Shown here piece by piece: positions 15,426 through 23,173 of a stretch of 64,000 nucleotides of DNA (positions are counted from its first letter, which is position 1; every line of letters starts with the position of its first letter). Made by a program: the position numbers and the translations under genes. Location: positions 64,001 through 128,000 of the IMG/VR virus record IMGVR_UViG_3300027759_003534; one strand, 5' to 3'. The notes below the pieces were generated by a model, which was given only the letters and a program-made list of their open reading frames with translations, was not told where the DNA came from and searched no databases. This DNA comes from a virus.

Positions 15426-16439
15426 TTACCACTCGGTTGCATATTTTTCATCAACCCTGCCTGCTACACACTTAGTTTGGCATTCTTGCCACCCAAACGT
15501 TTTAAATGTTGTCTCCCAAAAATTATCAGTTACTGCGTCGGTAAGTGTGCGCTGATTTAAATCAAATTTAGTAGCAAGATCTTTCCACTGTGAGTTGTGA
15601 CTGTATCGGTTAGCTACCCAACAGCAGGGAAATAATCTACCTTGTGCATCAATGTAAAGCCCTTTGTTGCCAATTTCACACAGGGGTTTTACACCGTTGA
15701 CTTCTTGCACTGAGTTGTATAATTGTATATTCTGCTTGTTTACTTGTGAATTAAGACCACGTGAACTTAATATTGTAACCTTTCTTTCAAATCTATGCGA
15801 TCCGCTGACAAACTTTTTGCTAGGTTCGAGTGGGTCGTTGGTGCCATAATTAGGATACACGCTACCAAACTTAGTAGATTTAGTAAGTTGAAACGCATCC
15901 ATTCCTAATTTTACTGCTAGAGATTGCATATAGTCAACTTGGGCTTCGTTAAACTTAAATGCTATAGCCGCCCATACTAGGCTACATTTGCTTGTAAGCC
16001 TAAGAGTCTCAATGCCTTGAATGATTGATACAAAATCACTGTTTACCCTGTACAAATTATTACTAGCATTATCGTAACCGTCTATACTAAAATGAACAGT
16101 ATCTTTGTCAGTGAGTACACTGCCTAGTTCTTGCCACCACTCTGGTTTCTTGTGTGAGCCGTTGGTAATAATAACAATCTCAACAGGCTTAATGCCTTTA
16201 ATGTATTCAACAACCGTAATGAGATCGTGTGCATATATAGGATCCCCATCATCTCCACAAAATGTAATTTTTTCTAAATTAGATAGAATAAAGTCTGGAG
16301 TAAAGTTACGTTTAAAAAATTCTAAATTTAATTCGGTATTAATTAAACTGTCTGGAACTTCTTGACGAGCACACCGAGGACAACGTAATGTACACTTTGA
16401 ACTTATTTCAATATGAAAGTGCCAAGTAGCTAATGTCAC
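15426..16439 (-). CDS. Radical SAM enzyme with C-terminal SPASM/Twitch domain
   Basis: CTLRCPRC (CxxxCxxC), FCGDDGDP, ITNGS, CEIG...YIDAQGRLFPCC...CQTKC; ATGA-coupled to gp46. Confidence 0.9.
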   Translation of the reverse strand: MTLATWHFHIEISSKCTLRCPRCARQEVPDSLINTELNLEFFKRNFTPDFILSNLEKITFCGDDGDPIYAHDLITVVEYIKGIKPVEIVIITNGSHKKPEWWQELGSVLTDKDTVHFSIDGYDNASNNLYRVNSDFVSIIQGIETLRLTSKCSLVWAAIAFKFNEAQVDYMQSLAVKLGMDAFQLTKSTKFGSVYPNYGTNDPLEPSKKFVSGSHRFERKVTILSSRGLNSQVNKQNIQLYNSVQEVNGVKPLCEIGNKGLYIDAQGRLFPCCWVANRYSHNSQWKDLATKFDLNQRTLTDAVTDNFWETTFKTFGWQECQTKCVAGRVDEKYATEW

Positions 16440-18199
16440 GCTATTTCCACATCCGTATTGTAACTGGTAAAGCCGCCTTCTTTGACAACCTTGAGAATAT
16501 TTTCAACTCGACCAGCTAGTTCATCTCTATGACTTACTAACCAAATACTCTTGTGTCGTTCACGACTCATGTGTTTTAATAAAGCTAACGCATTTTCTAC
16601 ACCTGCTGTATCTAAGCCGTTGTCGATCATTTCGTCTATAAACAATAGATTAATAGGTTGATACAAGGACTCAAACACATCGCGGAATGCCCAGCTCATG
16701 CTTAAAATCAAACGATTGCGTTCACCGCGACTTAAATTATCAAAGTCTAGCTCGCGGCCTAACTCTTCGATACTGACAGTCAAGTCGTTTTGGAATACCA
16801 CGGTATGTGGCAACCCTACACGATCTAAATAGTGTGTGAGCCTGACATTTAGATAGCTAAGATTCTGTTCAATAATCTTTTTACGGATAAAACTGTCTTT
16901 ACTAGTGAGCAACTTGAGCAAGAATTCTTGATGTTCTTGTAAGCGAGTAAGTTCATTAAGTGCGTCATATGTTATCTGTTGTAAGGCTTGTTGTTGCATT
17001 TCCTCAATCTGTTCACCGTAAGGATCTGTTTCAGTTTGTTTAGCAACAATCTGTTGTTCTAAGTTAGCCAATGTAGCTTGATGTTGTATAGCGTCTGACT
17101 CTTTGTCATAAAACATCTTAGGTGGTTTGCCTAACGTGCCCAAGGCTGTGTGGGCAGTCTCCAACTCTGATAATAAGGTGCTAAATTCTTGGCCACTCGC
17201 TCGAGCTGTAGCCAACTCCGTCTTCTTGCTTTCCAAGACTTGTTCGTGCTTACTGTCGTGGAAGGCCTGTCCGCACGTATGACACTCATGATTCTCGAGC
17301 GTTTCAATTTCTTTTGATAGTTTGGCCGCCAGCTTTTCTTCTCGATTAATATCCAATTTGATCCGCGAGATCTGACCAGATAGTTCATTGATATCTTTCC
17401 TGGTTTGATCCCACGCCTTGTGATCTTTGTGCGCCGCAATCTCGTCTTCAATCTGTATATTCTGTAACGCCTTAAGGGCTTTCTTAAGTTCTTTGATATC
17501 TTCGCCATGTTTAGTGACCCATAATGTTTGTCTACGCTTCAATGATTCGATCTGTTCTTCAATACGTTTGTTGGCTTCTTGAACAGCACGGATACGGAAT
17601 TCTTCTTGTGTAATGCCTTCTTTAGTAGCTCTATTATGTTCTTTAATCTTGTCAGCACGCTCACTCAGCATGGTAATACCTAATAATTGTTCAATGATAG
17701 TACGCTGATCGTTTGCTTTGAGACTTAAAAAAGGTTCTGTATAAGTGTTAAGTGCTAGGATATGTTTGAACATATCGTGACTTAGTCCTAAGGTTTGTTC
17801 AATAGCGTCCTGTGTTTCTCTGCTGTCGCCCTGTGCTTCATCGGTGACCGCTTGTTCTTGATTGTTTACAAAGAATCTTAGCAAGTTGGGTTTACGACCA
17901 CGTTCGATACGATAATCTTTGCCACCTACACTAAAATCTAAACTGACCAACATATTCTTGTTGTTGGTTTTGTTTACAAGATTATCCTTACGGATATTGC
18001 TGAGTGCTTGCCCGTATAGACTATAGCTAAGAGCATTGATAATTGTAGTCTTGCCGGTTCCGTTACGTGATCCGTCACCACCCAGGTCTAAATTTTCGCC
18101 TAAGACAAGCGTCAAGTCCTTACGGTCAAAGTCGATTGCCTGAGTAGCGTTACCTACGCTCATAAAGTTTTTAACGGTTAGATTTTTTATATGGATCAT
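16436..18199 (-). CDS. gp46: Recombination endonuclease ATPase subunit, gp46/SbcC/Rad50-like
   Basis: KNFMSVGN, Walker A NGTGKTT, Zn hook CHTCGQ, signature LSRGE, Walker B LLFIDE, H-loop VSH. Confidence 0.96.
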   Translation of the reverse strand: MIHIKNLTVKNFMSVGNATQAIDFDRKDLTLVLGENLDLGGDGSRNGTGKTTIINALSYSLYGQALSNIRKDNLVNKTNNKNMLVSLDFSVGGKDYRIERGRKPNLLRFFVNNQEQAVTDEAQGDSRETQDAIEQTLGLSHDMFKHILALNTYTEPFLSLKANDQRTIIEQLLGITMLSERADKIKEHNRATKEGITQEEFRIRAVQEANKRIEEQIESLKRRQTLWVTKHGEDIKELKKALKALQNIQIEDEIAAHKDHKAWDQTRKDINELSGQISRIKLDINREEKLAAKLSKEIETLENHECHTCGQAFHDSKHEQVLESKKTELATARASGQEFSTLLSELETAHTALGTLGKPPKMFYDKESDAIQHQATLANLEQQIVAKQTETDPYGEQIEEMQQQALQQITYDALNELTRLQEHQEFLLKLLTSKDSFIRKKIIEQNLSYLNVRLTHYLDRVGLPHTVVFQNDLTVSIEELGRELDFDNLSRGERNRLILSMSWAFRDVFESLYQPINLLFIDEMIDNGLDTAGVENALALLKHMSRERHKSIWLVSHRDELAGRVENILKVVKEGGFTSYNTDVEIA

Positions 18200-18207
18200 G
18201 GATTTAT

Positions 18208-18236
18208 ATTATAACAATTTTTTTTAACTTCTGCAA
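18208..18236 (-). promoter_or_regulatory. Sigma70-type promoter for gp46
   Basis: TTGCAG-17 nt-TATAAT-8 nt-ATG(18199), no SD. Confidence 0.65.
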
Positions 18237-18284
18237 TGAAAAAGATAAAGTTTGTGTAGATTATCTTTTATTTGTTATCTGATA

Positions 18285-18932
18285 TCAACGGTACCAATGA
18301 GATAAATCTTTTTTGATAAAATTACCAAAATTAGTAATATATTGATTAATAATTGTTTTCTCCATTGCGGAAAAAACTAAACTGGTACGAGTTGCTTGAG
18401 TGGATGCATTTTTTATTTTATCAAAGTCGGATTTTATTACAATATCTAGATCACAAAAAGTAAAATAATCTGATAAAAATTGTTTTGGAGTTTTTACAAT
18501 GTCATCATAATATAAAACTTTAAATTTAGTCTCTGGTGGTATGTTTGTTAGCCACCGTGTGCATATTGTTTGATAATCTATTAACTGAGTGTTAATTAAA
18601 GAATCTTTCAGAAAGAGATCTTGATTTAAAAAATCGTAGTATCGTTCAATCCACCCATACGGATCCCGCACTAAAAATGATATGTGAGTGGCCGTTTGTC
18701 CAAGTTGCTTAATTAGATCAGTATCTAATAGGTAAAGACCTGGGTTAAAATTAGCAGAAACTGGATACTGACTATAAAAATTATGGTACGAGTTAAAATC
18801 AGCCCCTAACATAATAGGATTTTCTTTTTCGTATTGAGGATTGTTTAGGGCTGGATGCGTTGCTAAATTACTCCATAGCCACGTAGTTGCACATCTTGGA
18901 AGTCCGATATTAATAATATGTTTATTTTTCAT
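18285..18932 (-). CDS. Sulfotransferase-fold (P-loop) protein
   Basis: IGLPRCATTWL (PAPS 5'-PSB loop), FLVRDPYGWIERYY, VLYYDDI; AT-rich. Confidence 0.7.
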   Translation of the reverse strand: MKNKHIINIGLPRCATTWLWSNLATHPALNNPQYEKENPIMLGADFNSYHNFYSQYPVSANFNPGLYLLDTDLIKQLGQTATHISFLVRDPYGWIERYYDFLNQDLFLKDSLINTQLIDYQTICTRWLTNIPPETKFKVLYYDDIVKTPKQFLSDYFTFCDLDIVIKSDFDKIKNASTQATRTSLVFSAMEKTIINQYITNFGNFIKKDLSHWYR

Positions 18933-19359
18933 AAACTATGTTTCTGTAAAATGGCCATTTGAACGTATAAATTAATTTACCAACAAAACTTAAACAATTA
19001 TCATCGACTGTTGACAAATCTAAATAAATGTTTTTTTCTTTAGCATACGTTAGAAATTCTTTGGTAAATTCTCTGCGTGCCGAATGAGTAATACTGGGTA
19101 AAGAATAAAAATTATCTAACTCTATATTTTTTACTACAATAGGTGAACGGACAATATCTAAGTCTACTGTAGAAAAACTTATAGTTAGATTTGTATACTT
19201 GATAGGAGGAAAATCAAAAAGTAATTCAACAATTGTGTGTTTGGTTTGTAAATCTATCTGGGTTTGTTGCAGAATATTATAGTCAGCATCTTGTAAAATA
19301 ATATCTACGGGTAATTTTTTTTTTGAACAAGGATAGTTAATTAAAAATTTTATAATCAT
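18922..19359 (-). CDS. Hypothetical protein (145 aa)
   Basis: AT-rich ORF overlapping both neighbours by a few nt. Confidence 0.6.
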   Translation of the reverse strand: MIIKFLINYPCSKKKLPVDIILQDADYNILQQTQIDLQTKHTIVELLFDFPPIKYTNLTISFSTVDLDIVRSPIVVKNIELDNFYSLPSITHSARREFTKEFLTYAKEKNIYLDLSTVDDNCLSFVGKLIYTFKWPFYRNIVYEK

Positions 19360-20369
19360 AAGTTTTGGTATATTTTTAATAACAACTTGGGATCGTAAAA
19401 TTCACTCTCAATGTTGGTCAGTTGATCTGTTACGATCTGATCTACACTTTCAAACTTGACTTCTCCGGGTGCCATGTCAGCATCTATAGCACTACTTTTA
19501 ACAGGAATCAATGCCATTTCTCTTAGGTTGTAATCCTTAACAAATGTGTCTTTGATAAAATTAGCTTCTTCGTAACTGATGTCAATGTCCAATTCTACAC
19601 GAACATGCATATTGGGCACAAGTATTTTAGGTGCATTATCGATTACTTGACTTAGTTTAAGCACACGATACAAGGGTTGACCAGGCCACGCATGATACAC
19701 CGGTTCACTGCCCCACTCCAACGTCATCATACCTCGATTGCTGTCACCGGCATCAGCATAGTTGTGTGGAAAGCAGTTACCGATATAGTTGATGTTCTTT
19801 TTCTGCTGTCTAAGATGGAAGTGCCCTGAAAACACTCGGTCAAAGCCTCCAAAGCTCTCTACCTTGACTTCACCGTGATCTGGCATTTCTACCATGGCGT
19901 TCATTTTAAAGTGTGGCAATTCAAAATGGCCAAACATGTACTTGGCTGACATTTTTGGTATGCGTTTATGGTCATCGCCAACCAACCAAGGAGCGATTAT
20001 GACATCGCCGTCTTGGAACCAATCGTTAACAATTTGGATATTGGGTATGTGTTTGGCCCACTCTGTTGAATAGATATCACGCTTGTCACGATAGTACAAA
20101 TCGTGATTGCCAGGAATAAAATAAAAACGGTCAAAGGCTTTGGATAATTTTTCCAAACTACGCAAACTATATTGCAAGGTCTGCATGTTAATAGCCGCAC
20201 GTTGATGGCTCCAATCACCGAGAAACATGCCAGTTTCACATCCATTGGATCGGGCTGTATCTATAAACCAATCAATAAAATCAGAGCAATCTTGATTGTG
20301 CTGTTGACTATTTGACTTTAGGCCAAAGTGGATATCGGTGCAGACTGCTACTTTTTTAAATAGACTCAT
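19356..20369 (-). CDS. gp47: Recombination endonuclease nuclease subunit, gp47/SbcD/Mre11-like
   Basis: TDIHFG, FLGDW, PGNHD, GHFE and FSGHFH metallophosphoesterase motifs. Confidence 0.95.
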   Translation of the reverse strand: MSLFKKVAVCTDIHFGLKSNSQQHNQDCSDFIDWFIDTARSNGCETGMFLGDWSHQRAAINMQTLQYSLRSLEKLSKAFDRFYFIPGNHDLYYRDKRDIYSTEWAKHIPNIQIVNDWFQDGDVIIAPWLVGDDHKRIPKMSAKYMFGHFELPHFKMNAMVEMPDHGEVKVESFGGFDRVFSGHFHLRQQKKNINYIGNCFPHNYADAGDSNRGMMTLEWGSEPVYHAWPGQPLYRVLKLSQVIDNAPKILVPNMHVRVELDIDISYEEANFIKDTFVKDYNLREMALIPVKSSAIDADMAPGEVKFESVDQIVTDQLTNIESEFYDPKLLLKIYQNL

Positions 20370-20376
20370 AGATTAT

Positions 20377-20405
20377 AGTATACAGGAGTAAAACAAGTTT
20401 TGCAA
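20377..20405 (-). promoter_or_regulatory. Sigma70-type promoter for gp47
   Basis: TTGCAA-17 nt-TATACT-7 nt-ATG(20369), no SD. Confidence 0.65.
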
Positions 20406-20414
20406 CTGGTCTGG

Positions 20415-21329
20415 TTAAGTTTCGTCGTTGTATTCGGCAATGTCAATGTTTGTGACCACAGCGCCAAAGTTAGGATTCTTTTTTCCAGCATTTTGCCTAG
20501 TCCAACTCGGGTTTAGTCCTGCTTGCTCTAGCATGTCATCACGAATATTTTGATTTTTCTTTTCTAAATTTAATATACGGGTAAATGAGTTAGTGATAGC
20601 CGCTGTGTAGTAGGCAAAGGGATTTTGACTTTTGCTTTCATCAAACTGTAGACCAATTTGACTCAACTGTAACAAGGCCTGCCCCCTCATCTCCTCATTG
20701 TAGGTATAGCCACGCCAGTTACTACGAGTAGCATAACGCTCACATAATTTCATATACATGGTAGCAAGTGTGCGTGTAGCATTGCCGTGATCCTTGCTGA
20801 ATTCACCTGTTTCAAAATCGCCAACCCAGTGACTTTTGCCTACCTGGAACGGTTGTTTGTTTTCATCCAACCGATAATGATAAAATGGTGGAAAGTTTAG
20901 ACGCACATGCTTTTCATCCAACACAGGAATGTCCAGCAATTCTGCCAGGGGATCTTCTTCTGCGTCTAGTTCCAGCTCAAAGATATCCTCAATTTTTTTC
21001 TTTTTTGCCGCAGTCTTGGGTACTTTTTTGGGTGCCATGGGTATGTGATCCCAACAGGTAATGCGGAACACTAGGTCGGTATTTGGTATCTTTTTAGGGT
21101 CTACAATTGTACCTTCACGCTTGAGTCTATCGGCTCGATTGCGTCTGGCTTCGGCAATGGTGCGTTGATTGATCCGGGCCAAGGTGGGCAAAATGATGTC
21201 ATACTGATGATCTGCCACAGGATCTAGGTAGCTACAGTAGGTATTTTTGCTCAGGTGTATTTGTTTTAAGATGTCACGATTATTTAAATAATTCGTTTTT
21301 GCTGGTGTTCTTGTGGGTGTAGTTGACAC
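20415..21329 (-). CDS. gp55: Late-transcription sigma factor, T4 gp55-like (304 aa; GTG start at 21329)
   Basis: NYLNNRDIL, YTYNEEMRGQALLQL...FDESKSQNPFAYYT...SFTRILNLEKKNQNIRD; SD AGGAG before GTG. Confidence 0.88.
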   Translation of the reverse strand: MSTTPTRTPAKTNYLNNRDILKQIHLSKNTYCSYLDPVADHQYDIILPTLARINQRTIAEARRNRADRLKREGTIVDPKKIPNTDLVFRITCWDHIPMAPKKVPKTAAKKKKIEDIFELELDAEEDPLAELLDIPVLDEKHVRLNFPPFYHYRLDENKQPFQVGKSHWVGDFETGEFSKDHGNATRTLATMYMKLCERYATRSNWRGYTYNEEMRGQALLQLSQIGLQFDESKSQNPFAYYTAAITNSFTRILNLEKKNQNIRDDMLEQAGLNPSWTRQNAGKKNPNFGAVVTNIDIAEYNDET

Positions 21330-21349
21330 TCGTTGATCTCCTAATAGTG

Positions 21350-21382
21350 TATTTATTGTAGCACAAAAACCACACTTGTCAA
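21350..21382 (-). promoter_or_regulatory. Overlapping sigma70 promoter (TTGACA-16-TACAAT, extended -10 TG) and late promoter TAAATA for the gp55-like gene
   Basis: Minus strand reads TTGACAAGTGTGGTTTTTGTGCTACAATAAATA. Confidence 0.75.
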
Positions 21383-21418
21383 CCTTTAAATCATTATCTG
21401 GGTGGTTTATTTTTACGA

Positions 21419-21424
21419 TAAATA
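21419..21424 (+). promoter_or_regulatory. Late promoter TAAATA of the baseplate operon
   Basis: TAAATA, then AGGA, then ATG 21443. Confidence 0.7.
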
Positions 21425-21442
21425 TTGTATAGGAAAATAAAC

Positions 21443-22870
21443 ATGCCATCAGCGCCATCAATCGGATTAGACCGTTCACTAAATGCCAAGTTATACAAGG
21501 AAACTGGAAAGGTTGAATTTGTGTCGACTTATTCTGTCTACGACGACAAAACTGGAAAATTAACAAACTTTGACAGCTACCAGGCAGCCGCTGACTACAC
21601 AAACAGCATCGGCGGCAGCGCCATGTCTAACACAGAACTTCAAGCCCAGGTTAAAAATTCAGGCGGCGCTGTAACCGCAGTTTATGAAGATGGCAAACAG
21701 GTAGATTTACAAACCGGCAAGGTCCAGAATGAAGTGCTGTTGGATCAAAACAAAGCTATGGCAACCGGAACGCCGCCGCCTGCAACAGTGAGTCCCGCCA
21801 CAGATCCACAAGCCGGTTCTGGTGAAATTGTGGCCACTCCACCTGCTGATGCACAACAGGACGGCAATACTTCTGGCTACGGTGAACAAAATGAAACTCA
21901 AGTTCCTGCCAGCGAAGTCAAATATTCCGCTAAAGAGTTGGACGCACTAGCCGCAGCCAACGGTGTAGATGCCGGCAACGTTGACACCGAAGTTGGTATT
22001 GTTGAAGCACAATTATATCGAGATGAAGCCACAGCCCGCGGGCAAAGCGAAGTGTCGTCTCAAGTGATCCAGGCACAGAATCAAGAAACCAACATGAGTT
22101 TGTCACAACAGATGCCAGCCAACACTGACTGGCGTGTGACATTGAGATTGGCCCCGGGCGCTACGTATCTATACAATGCTCCAGATGCCGGATTACTACA
22201 ACCACTAAAGGTTACCAACGGCGTAATATTTCCCTACACCCCAACAATTGGCACCGCTTACAAAGCCAATTACGACACTTATGATTTAACACACTCAAAC
22301 TATCGTGGTTATTTTTATAAAAACAGTTATACTGATGCAGTTTCTTTAAAAGCAACATTCACAGCACAAAGCACAGCCGACGCGGCCTATGTGCTGGCAG
22401 TGATACATTTTTTCCGTAGTGTGACAAAAATGTTTTACGGACAGGATGCACAACGTGGAAGCCCACCACCCTTGGTATTCCTTAGCGGACTAGGTGATTA
22501 TCAATTTAATAATCATCCTTGTGTGGTCAGCAGTTTTAGCTACAACTTACCGGCTGAGGTAGATTATATCAGTTCCGGTTCGCCTAACAATCTAGGATTA
22601 AATTTACAACCCTTACAAAATTTATACTCTACTACACTGAATGCTGTGTCGCCAACTGTGACCCGACTGGCCACTGCCTTCCTGCCCCCTGGCGCACAAA
22701 ATGCCATACCTGCACCCTTGCAGGGGTTGTTAAGTAATCCTACCTATGTGCCTAGCAAGATAGATATAGACATTACCTTGTTGCCAGTGCAGACTCGTCA
22801 GCAGGTCAGCAAACAGTTTAGCCTTAAAAACTTTGCCAACGGTAACTTACTCAAAGGAGGATTTTGGTAA
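21443..22870 (+). CDS. Tail-tube initiator/baseplate cap protein (gp48/gp54-like) with a long low-complexity N-terminus
   Basis: DWRVTL...GVIFPYTPTI...THSNY...FTAQ...HFFRSVTKMFYGQ...GSPPPLVFLSG...PCVVSSF...LP.EVDYI, a tube-fold pattern. Confidence 0.6.
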   Translation: MPSAPSIGLDRSLNAKLYKETGKVEFVSTYSVYDDKTGKLTNFDSYQAAADYTNSIGGSAMSNTELQAQVKNSGGAVTAVYEDGKQVDLQTGKVQNEVLLDQNKAMATGTPPPATVSPATDPQAGSGEIVATPPADAQQDGNTSGYGEQNETQVPASEVKYSAKELDALAAANGVDAGNVDTEVGIVEAQLYRDEATARGQSEVSSQVIQAQNQETNMSLSQQMPANTDWRVTLRLAPGATYLYNAPDAGLLQPLKVTNGVIFPYTPTIGTAYKANYDTYDLTHSNYRGYFYKNSYTDAVSLKATFTAQSTADAAYVLAVIHFFRSVTKMFYGQDAQRGSPPPLVFLSGLGDYQFNNHPCVVSSFSYNLPAEVDYISSGSPNNLGLNLQPLQNLYSTTLNAVSPTVTRLATAFLPPGAQNAIPAPLQGLLSNPTYVPSKIDIDITLLPVQTRQQVSKQFSLKNFANGNLLKGGFW

Positions 22871-23172
22871 TGGCTGCAGATTACACCTCTACTAGTCCTT
22901 ACTTCAACACAGGGTATAGTCAATTCTTTTTAGATGTTATGATCAATCGACCCATACCCAAAAGTACCGACGACATCCTGTTTACCATCAATACCACGTT
23001 CCAATACAGACCAGATCTGTTGGCATTTGACTTGTATAGTGACGCTGGCTTGTGGTGGGTGTTTTACCAACGCAACCCCAACACCCTAACTGCTCCACCC
23101 ATGGACTTTGAAGCAGGTACTGTAATTTATCTGCCAAAAATTGACACCTTAAAGACAGTGTTGGGATTCTAA
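22870..23172 (+). CDS. gp53: LysM-like baseplate wedge protein, gp53-like
   Basis: YRPDLLAFDLYSDAGLWWVF..RNP...GTVIYLP; TAATG coupling. Confidence 0.7.
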   Translation: MAADYTSTSPYFNTGYSQFFLDVMINRPIPKSTDDILFTINTTFQYRPDLLAFDLYSDAGLWWVFYQRNPNTLTAPPMDFEAGTVIYLPKIDTLKTVLGF

Positions 23173-23173
23173 C

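Noticed and set aside
21330-21602. Upstream extensions given by the ORF track (gp55 from 21602, HNH from 3641, 7925, 14199, 58566, 21425)
   Set aside because: They cross promoters, terminators or other genes; downstream starts have an SD, a promoter or a coupling overlap.
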